A stretch of DNA of 64,000 bases from an uncultured Candidatus Rokubacteria bacterium. GTDB taxonomy: Bacteria; Methylomirabilota; Methylomirabilia; Rokubacteriales; DASRDR01. Of this stretch, positions 57,975-64,000 are shown one piece after another. The DNA lies in the NCBI GenBank assembly GCA_963826115.1, contig CAWGVS010000006.1, positions 992,001 to 1,056,000 of the forward strand, written 5' to 3'. The notes under the pieces were generated by a model, which saw only the letters and a program-made list of their open reading frames with translations, was not told the DNA's origin and did not search any database. Position numbers and translations under genes: made by a program. The first letter of the stretch is position 1. Every line of letters starts with the position of its first letter.

Positions 57975-59060
57975 ATGCCGAGACCGCACGGGATCCCCGA
58001 GGCCCAGTGGCGCGACTGGGTGTGGCAGATGCAGGAGCGCGTGCGCAGCGCCAAGGACCTCGAGCGCTACATCAACCCGACCGAGGACGAGCGCCGCGCG
58101 ATCGAGGCCCTCGCGGAGCGCTTCCGCTTCGTCATCACGCCCTACTACGCGTCGCTCATGGATCCCGACGACCCGGCCTGCCCCATCCGGAAGCAGGTCG
58201 TGCCGCGGACCGTGGAGCTCGACGACCCCGCGGGCGTGGCCGACCCGCTCGACGAGGTGGCCCACTCGCCGGTGAAGAACGTGATCCGCGTCTACCCGGA
58301 CCGGATCGCGTTCTGCGTCAACAACGAGTGCGCGCTGTACTGCCGGTTCTGTCTCCGCAAGCGCATGGTCGGGGACGAAGAGTGGATCATGAAGAAGCGC
58401 GAGCTCGAGGTCGGGCTCGACTGGATCCGCCGGACTCCCGAGATCCGCGACGTGCTCCTCACCGGAGGCGACCCGCTCGTGTTCTCCGACGAGAAGCTCG
58501 AGTGGCTCATCGCCGAGCTCCGGCGCATCCCCCACGTCGAGGTGGTGCGGCTCGGGACGCGGCTTCCGGTGACGCTGCCGTTCCGCGTGACCGACGCGCT
58601 CTGCCGAATGCTGGAGCGGTACCACCCCATCTGGGTGAACACGCACTTCAACCATCCGAAGGAGCTGACGCCCGAGGCCGCCGAGGCGGCGGACCGCCTG
58701 CTCCGCGCGGGGATCCCCGTCGGCAACCAGAGCGTGCTCCTCGGCGGGATCAACGACGACGCGACGACGATGAAGGCGCTCTGCGAGGGCCTGGTCCGGA
58801 TGCGCATCCGCCCGTACTACTGCTACCAGGCCCAGCTGCTCGAGGGCACCGCCCATTTCCGCGTGCCGGTGGAACGGGGCGTCGAGATCTTCCGCGAGCT
58901 CCGGGGCCGGACGAGCGGCTTCGCGATCCCCACCTACGTCCTCGACACGCCCTACGGCAAGGTGCCGCTCGGTTACCCGTACCTCCGCGGGCGCGACGGC
59001 GACCACGTGGTCGTCGAGGCGTGGGACGGCCGCATCTGGCGGGAGCTCAACCCCGCCTAG
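57975..59060 (+). CDS. KamA-family radical SAM aminomutase-like protein
   Basis: W.DW.WQ, ITPYY, DPL.E, YPDR, CALYCRFC.R, TGGDPL, NTHFNHP.E, NQSVLL.G.ND. Confidence 0.93.
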   Translation: MPRPHGIPEAQWRDWVWQMQERVRSAKDLERYINPTEDERRAIEALAERFRFVITPYYASLMDPDDPACPIRKQVVPRTVELDDPAGVADPLDEVAHSPVKNVIRVYPDRIAFCVNNECALYCRFCLRKRMVGDEEWIMKKRELEVGLDWIRRTPEIRDVLLTGGDPLVFSDEKLEWLIAELRRIPHVEVVRLGTRLPVTLPFRVTDALCRMLERYHPIWVNTHFNHPKELTPEAAEAADRLLRAGIPVGNQSVLLGGINDDATTMKALCEGLVRMRIRPYYCYQAQLLEGTAHFRVPVERGVEIFRELRGRTSGFAIPTYVLDTPYGKVPLGYPYLRGRDGDHVVVEAWDGRIWRELNPA

Positions 59061-59126
59061 AGATCGAACTCCGGCTCGACGCCGTCCGGGCGGCGTCATC
59101 AAAGTTAAGGCCTGACCCGATCGGAG

Positions 59127-59558
59127 CTAGCGGTCGGGAGGGGGGCGGCGGCCGTCGACGCGGTAGCGCCGGTAGTCGGCGAGGATCAGCCCGTGGTCGA
59201 AGGCGAGCGGCGCGGGCAGGGCGTCGACCGGGAACACACGGGCCTCCGCGGCGTCGTCGGCGCCCGCCGGCATCCCGCGCGCCCGCCCGATGAAGACCGC
59301 GCTCAGCGTCGGCCCGCGCGGATCCCGCGCGGGGTCGGCGTAGACGTGGAACAGCTCGCGGAGCTCGACCTCGAGACCCGTCTCCTCCCGGAGCTCACGT
59401 CGCGCGGCGGCGGCCGCGCTCTCCCCGGCCTCGATGAACCCGCCGGGGAGCGCCCAGCCGGGCGGCGGGTACTTCCGACGCACGAGGACGATGCCGCCGT
59501 CCGGCATCTCCGCGATCACGTCGACCGTCGGGAGCGGCCCGCGCGGCGGCGGGCTCAG
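59127..59558 (-). CDS. NUDIX hydrolase (start uncertain: CTG 59558 or GTG 59519)
   Basis: WALPGG....GES...AA.REL.EETGL, RDPR, LAFDH. Confidence 0.9.
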   Translation of the reverse strand: MSPPPRGPLPTVDVIAEMPDGGIVLVRRKYPPPGWALPGGFIEAGESAAAAARRELREETGLEVELRELFHVYADPARDPRGPTLSAVFIGRARGMPAGADDAAEARVFPVDALPAPLAFDHGLILADYRRYRVDGRRPPPDR

Positions 59559-61120
59559 AGGAGACGCTCGATGGCGTCCAGGATCTTCTGCTCGACCGAG
59601 GACTCCGGCGTCGGGAGGAGCTTCCGCTCCTTCGCCCAGAAGATGCGCTGCTCCTCGAAGACGTCGCGCCGCACGGAGATGGACGTCTCGCTGCTCGAGA
59701 CGGACCGCACCACGACGCTCACCGTGTGCCGCGTGCCCTCCGCATACACGACGAAGTCCTTGAAGGTCACGTTCCGCGGCTCGGTGCGGATGACGCCCGT
59801 CGCGTGGTCCGCGGAGTCGATGTCCCAGCCGAGGCTCTTCAGGACGGACTGGGCGACCAGCCAGCTCCGCTCCTGCGTGGCAGGGAACACGCGCACGAAC
59901 TGACCGTCGGGCCCTCGGGTGACGGGCGACGGGAGGGACGCCGTCGTCGTCGGCGCGGGCGCCGGGGCGTCAGGCGCCGGAGACTCGGCCGGCGGGGGGG
60001 CGATGGGCGCCGGCGGCGCGGCGGCCTGGAGCTTGGGCATCTCGCCGACCAGCACGAGGTTGTCCGAAGGCTCGCGCGCGCCTCCCTGGCGCTCCACGGT
60101 CACGCCGAAGATGTCCGGCGACCACGTCGAGCGAGGCGGCGAGACGCGCAGCGTGCCCGCGCCTTGCGCGTCCACCGCCAGGAGCCCGGCCGAGACGCGG
60201 TTGCCCAGGTCGATGCTCCCGAGCCACAGCTGGTACGTGCGTCCGGCGGGCGGCTGAGGGAGGCCGGACACGACGAGCGTTCCGCCGCCGAGGGGCTCCC
60301 ACAGGAGCTGGCCCCGCGCCCGGGGCGCCGATCCGACCGCCACGAGCGAGACCACGCGCGCGCCCGCCGCGGGAATGGCGGTGCCCGGATCCGTCCGTGC
60401 GCTGAGGAGCTTCGGCGGGCTCGTGGCCGGCCGCTCGGTCGCGGCCGGGGGCTCGGGTCGGGTCGCGGTCTTGGGCGGCGGGGGAGCTGCCGGGTCGGGC
60501 GCCCGCTTCGCGACCGGCGCGGGAGTCGCCACCGGGGCCGGCTCGGGCGTGCGCGCCGCGGGAGGCGCCGTTACCGCGTTCGTCACGCGCTCGGGTGCCG
60601 GTGTCGGCAACGGCGCGGGCGGCGCTGACTGGGCTTCGACCGGCGCGGGCGCGGGCACCGGAGCCGCCGCCGTCGGAGCGGGAAGCGGGTTCTCCGGGCC
60701 TGGCGGCTTCGCGGCCACGCTCGCGCGGGACGGCATCCACGCCTGGCGCGAGACGATGGCGAGCCCCGTGATCGCGCCCAGGACGACGACCGCGGCGAAG
60801 ACGAACGACTGGGACCGCACCGGCGCGCGCCGCCGAGCCATTGCCCGCGCGCGTGACGCGCTGGCCGCCGGCTGCTCGCGGCTCGGGCTCCGCCCCGCGG
60901 ACGGCTCGTGGGCCTCGAGCGCGCTGGCCGCCGGCTGCTCGCGGCCCGGGCTCCGCTCCCCGGGCGGCTCGTGGGCCTGGAGCGCGCTGGCCGCCGGCTG
61001 CTCGCGGCTCGGGCTCCGCCCCGCGGACGGCTCGTGGGCCTGGAGCGCCTCGCCGCACTGGTGGCAGAACGCGGAGCCCTCGGGATAGTCGCGGCGGCAG
61101 TGGAAGCATCGCATCGTCAT
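59555..61120 (-). CDS. Zn-ribbon + repeats + TM + RskA-type anti-sigma domain + C-terminal helix-grip-like domain
   Basis: CFHC...FCHQCG; TM; GLP.PP.G.TYQLW...VSAG...FGVTVE..GG...P; LGW.I...D..TG.I.T. Confidence 0.75.
   Translation of the reverse strand: MTMRCFHCRRDYPEGSAFCHQCGEALQAHEPSAGRSPSREQPAASALQAHEPPGERSPGREQPAASALEAHEPSAGRSPSREQPAASASRARAMARRRAPVRSQSFVFAAVVVLGAITGLAIVSRQAWMPSRASVAAKPPGPENPLPAPTAAAPVPAPAPVEAQSAPPAPLPTPAPERVTNAVTAPPAARTPEPAPVATPAPVAKRAPDPAAPPPPKTATRPEPPAATERPATSPPKLLSARTDPGTAIPAAGARVVSLVAVGSAPRARGQLLWEPLGGGTLVVSGLPQPPAGRTYQLWLGSIDLGNRVSAGLLAVDAQGAGTLRVSPPRSTWSPDIFGVTVERQGGAREPSDNLVLVGEMPKLQAAAPPAPIAPPPAESPAPDAPAPAPTTTASLPSPVTRGPDGQFVRVFPATQERSWLVAQSVLKSLGWDIDSADHATGVIRTEPRNVTFKDFVVYAEGTRHTVSVVVRSVSSSETSISVRRDVFEEQRIFWAKERKLLPTPESSVEQKILDAIERLL
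60858..61048 (-). repeat. In-frame 63-bp tandem repeat x3 (21 aa)
   Basis: ALQAHEPSAGRSPSREQPAAS x3; GCTGGCCGCCGG recurs at 60860, 60923, 60986. Confidence 0.92.
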
Positions 61121-61207
61121 ACGAATCTACGATAGGGGGCCTGGTTTCCCGGCGTCAAGTTCGCCGGTCCCCGCGACACGTTGGGAACGGGCGAAATTCC
61201 CCGGTCG

Positions 61208-61530
61208 TCAGGCCACGGGCGACGGGCGGCGTCCAACGAGCGCGCGCTCGAAGGCCGCGTGGGCCTCGGAATAGAACAGAACGAAGCGGACTTCCGTGAC
61301 CCGGCGGAAGAGGAGCCGGCCCGCGGGCATGGCGGCCGCCTGGCCGGTGGGAAGGCCGTCCGGAGAGCGCTCGGCGCGGAGGCGCCAGCACGCCTCGAAG
61401 ATGGCCGGGCCGCCCTTCCGGTGGATCACGCCGTCGCCGGCGCCGTCCAGGAGCGACGCGCTGGCGGCGCTCACGACCGCGTCCAGCGCCTCCTCCGTGG
61501 TGTCGCCCTGGACGAGGACGATGCGCGGCC
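61208..61530 (-). pseudogene. Decayed macrodomain (YmdB-like O-acetyl-ADP-ribose deacetylase) with internal deletion
   Basis: IVLVQGDTT...DAVVSAASASLL...DGVIHRKGGPAI..C...GLPTGQA...AGRL jumps to the terminal EVRFVLF; the VIHTVGP and AFPAISTG block is missing. Confidence 0.8.
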
Positions 61531-61538
61531 CGGACCGA

Positions 61539-62726
61539 TCAGGCGAAGGAGCCCCAGTCGTACTCGTGCGCGCCCCGGATCACCTGGCCGCGCGCGTCGC
61601 GGTCGACCGCGAAGGGCGCGAGCGGGCTCGCCGCGAAGTCCGCGCCGCCGATGACCTCGGCCAGGGCGCGTCCCATGGACGGCCCGAACTTGAATCCCTT
61701 GCCGTTGCCCCCCGTGAGGACGAACAGGCCGGGGACGCCGGGGATCGGGCCGGCGAGCGCGTGGCCGTCCGGCGTCCGCGAGTCGAGGCCGACCCACGTC
61801 CGGCCGGGCGCGGCGCCCTCGAGCGCGGGGATCCTCGGCACGAGGCGCGTTGCGGCGGAGACGAGCTCGTCCAGCGTCGGCGGCGCGAACTCGGCCTTGC
61901 CGTGAAAGGGCTCCCCGCGAAATCCGATCGAGTCCTCGTACCCGGCGCCGATCAGGAGGGCGTCGCCGATCTCGCCCCGGTACCATTGCTCGGCAGCGTG
62001 GTCGATCGTGCAGGGCACCCGGTCGAAGCCCGGCAGGCCCTGGAGGATCCCGGCGCCGATCGGCATCGGGAACACGGGCAGGTCGACGCCCGCCTCGGCA
62101 GCGAGCTCGCGGGTGCCCGCCCCGGTCGCCAGGAGAACGGCCGGCGCGGAGATCCGATCGGGCCCGAGTCGGACGCCCGCGACGCGACCGCTCTCGGTCA
62201 CGAGATGCGCCGGTCCCGCGTCGGTCAGGACACGGCCGCCGCGATCGCGGACGTTCGCGAGAAGGCTCGCGACGCAGTCCGAGGGATCGGCGTGCCCGCT
62301 GTCCGGCTCCCACGCCGCGGCGCCGATGCCGTCGGTCTCAACGAACGGCAGGAGCCGCTGCACATCCTTCGGGTCCAGCACCTCGGTGGGGACGCCCATG
62401 GCTCGCATCAGCGCCACGTTCTTCTCGAGCGTCGGTACCAGGATCGGCGGCACGATGAACAGGAAGCCGTTCCGGCGGTAGCCGTTCTCGCCGCCGACCT
62501 CCTCGCGCCAGCGGCGGTGCATCCGCCAGCTGTCCACGGCGAAGTGCGCCTCGGGCTGGTTGGCGTAGTGGCAGCGGATGTAGCCCGCGGTCCGGCCGGA
62601 GGCGCCGCCGGCCGGGAGGCCGCGGTCCACGACGACGACCCTGAGGCCGGCGCGGGCGGCGAAGCAGGCCGTGCTCGCGCCGGCGATGCCGGCGCCCACG
62701 ACGACGAGGTCGACCGAGTGTGCCAC
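61539..62726 (-). CDS. FAD-dependent oxidoreductase (DAO family)
   Basis: VVGAGIAG, GASGRTAG, W.G....TPDG, G.GFK.GP. Confidence 0.92.
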   Translation of the reverse strand: MAHSVDLVVVGAGIAGASTACFAARAGLRVVVVDRGLPAGGASGRTAGYIRCHYANQPEAHFAVDSWRMHRRWREEVGGENGYRRNGFLFIVPPILVPTLEKNVALMRAMGVPTEVLDPKDVQRLLPFVETDGIGAAAWEPDSGHADPSDCVASLLANVRDRGGRVLTDAGPAHLVTESGRVAGVRLGPDRISAPAVLLATGAGTRELAAEAGVDLPVFPMPIGAGILQGLPGFDRVPCTIDHAAEQWYRGEIGDALLIGAGYEDSIGFRGEPFHGKAEFAPPTLDELVSAATRLVPRIPALEGAAPGRTWVGLDSRTPDGHALAGPIPGVPGLFVLTGGNGKGFKFGPSMGRALAEVIGGADFAASPLAPFAVDRDARGQVIRGAHEYDWGSFA

Positions 62727-62737
62727 GGTGATCGCTC

Positions 62738-63112
62738 CTATGAGCCCGCGATGCGGGTGCCGAACCGGATGCCGAACCCGTCGGGGTCCGCGATCGTGAA
62801 GTCACGGAGGCCGTAGTAGCGGTCCGAGATCGGCGCGAGGACCCGGGCCCCCATCTCGGCCGCCCGGCGCCACCAGGCGTCGACGTCCGGCACCATGACG
62901 CGCACGTTGGCCTGGGGCGACGATGGAGGCTCGTGCCCGGGCCGCTCGTCCAGGAAGAGCTCGTGCCCCTCCCACGCGACCGTCGCGAAGCCGCCCGTCC
63001 GGCCCAGGAGCTCGAACCCGAGGCCCTGGTAGAACGCGATGGCGCGGTCCAGGCTCTGCACGTAGACCTCGACGACCAGCTGCTCGGTGACGGGGACGTA
63101 GGCTGCGGCCAT
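62738..63112 (-). CDS. VOC/glyoxalase family protein
   Basis: AIAFYQ.LGF, VPDVDA, YGLRDF.I.DPDG. Confidence 0.9.
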   Translation of the reverse strand: MAAAYVPVTEQLVVEVYVQSLDRAIAFYQGLGFELLGRTGGFATVAWEGHELFLDERPGHEPPSSPQANVRVMVPDVDAWWRRAAEMGARVLAPISDRYYGLRDFTIADPDGFGIRFGTRIAGS

Positions 63113-63132
63113 CGCGGGACCGACCGCCGCGC

Positions 63133-63972
63133 TCAGCCCTCGGCCTGGTTGACGCGCATCAGGTAGCGGTACGGGTCGCTCGTCATGACGGCGCCGCCGG
63201 ACACGAGGAGGACGGCCCCCGACACCCACTCCGCCTCCCCGGACGCGAAATACACCGCGGCCGACGCGACGTCGTCGGGCTGGCCCACGCGGCGGAGCGG
63301 GTAAAAGGCCGCCCGCTTCCGCCGGTCCGCCTCGGTCGCGAGCCACGGCGCGGTCAGCGGCGTCTCCACGACCGCCGGCGCGATGGCGTTGACGCGGATC
63401 CGGTGCTGGCCGAGCTCGACGGCCATGGTCTGGACGATGTTGTTGAGGGCGGCCTTGCACGCGCCGTAGATGCCTTCGCCTCCGGGAGCGGCATAGAGGC
63501 TGTCGATCGACGAGATGAAGATGATGGCCCCGCCCGTGCCGCGGTCGCGCATGACGCGCGCCGCGGCCTGGGCGCCGAAGACCTGAGCAGTGAGGTTGAG
63601 GCGCACCATGGCCTCCCATCCCCGCTCGGTGACGTCCAGCCACTCGGCCGTGCTGCCCGGCTCCGACGTGAAGCCGCCGGCGTTGTTCACCCAGACGTCG
63701 ATGCGGCCGAGGCGCGCGACCGCCGCGTCGGCGAGCGCGCGGACCTGGCCGAGGTCGGTGACGTCGGTGGGCTGGACGACCGCCCGCCGACCCTTTGCCT
63801 CGATCTCGCGCGCGAGCGCCTCCAGCTCGGCGCGGCTCCGCGCGCCCAGCACCACGTCGGCGCCTTGCTCGGCGAAGGCGAGCGCGATCGCGCGGCCGAG
63901 GCCGCGGCTCGCGCCGGTGACCACGCACGCCTTCCCCGCGAGCGAGAACGCGGCGCGCTCAGGCCCGGCCAT
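63133..63972 (-). CDS. SDR family oxidoreductase
   Basis: TGASRGLG, NNAG, YGACK. Confidence 0.93.
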   Translation of the reverse strand: MAGPERAAFSLAGKACVVTGASRGLGRAIALAFAEQGADVVLGARSRAELEALAREIEAKGRRAVVQPTDVTDLGQVRALADAAVARLGRIDVWVNNAGGFTSEPGSTAEWLDVTERGWEAMVRLNLTAQVFGAQAAARVMRDRGTGGAIIFISSIDSLYAAPGGEGIYGACKAALNNIVQTMAVELGQHRIRVNAIAPAVVETPLTAPWLATEADRRKRAAFYPLRRVGQPDDVASAAVYFASGEAEWVSGAVLLVSGGAVMTSDPYRYLMRVNQAEG

Positions 63973-64000
63973 TGTGCATCGCCTGCCACACCCGCTCCGG

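Noticed and set aside
60858-61048. 63-bp repeats as a CRISPR array
   Set aside because: Contiguous units with no unique spacers, in frame within a CDS, and no cas genes.

Overview
A very GC-rich bacterial window with about 60 genes. It has no recognisable rRNA, tRNA, CRISPR array, integrase or transposase. The gene mix (many SDRs, LLM oxidoreductases, peptide ABC transporters, an ABC_sub_bind protein, an outer-membrane barrel) suggests a diderm soil bacterium such as Candidatus Rokubacteria/Methylomirabilota; this is inference only. Most genes are catabolic or housekeeping, including ppdK, a guaB-like gene, a mandelate racemase-like gene, a deoxyhypusine synthase-like gene and a KamA-family gene. 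The best candidate for an undescribed system is 3.1-9.5 kb. There, a Slam/DUF560-like TPR + beta-barrel outer-membrane protein lies divergent from two tandem secreted paralogs and a secreted beta-propeller. The paralogs have near-invariant Pro/Gly-rich ends (many synonymous changes, essentially no amino-acid changes) around a divergent central beta-meander. Other points: two sigma54-type promoters with upstream dyads, several apparently leaderless genes, KamA and IMPDH/GMPR homologs with non-canonical active-site residues, a zinc-ribbon/63-bp-repeat/RskA fusion, and several frameshifted or decayed genes. All assignments were made by eye from motifs; no searches were run.
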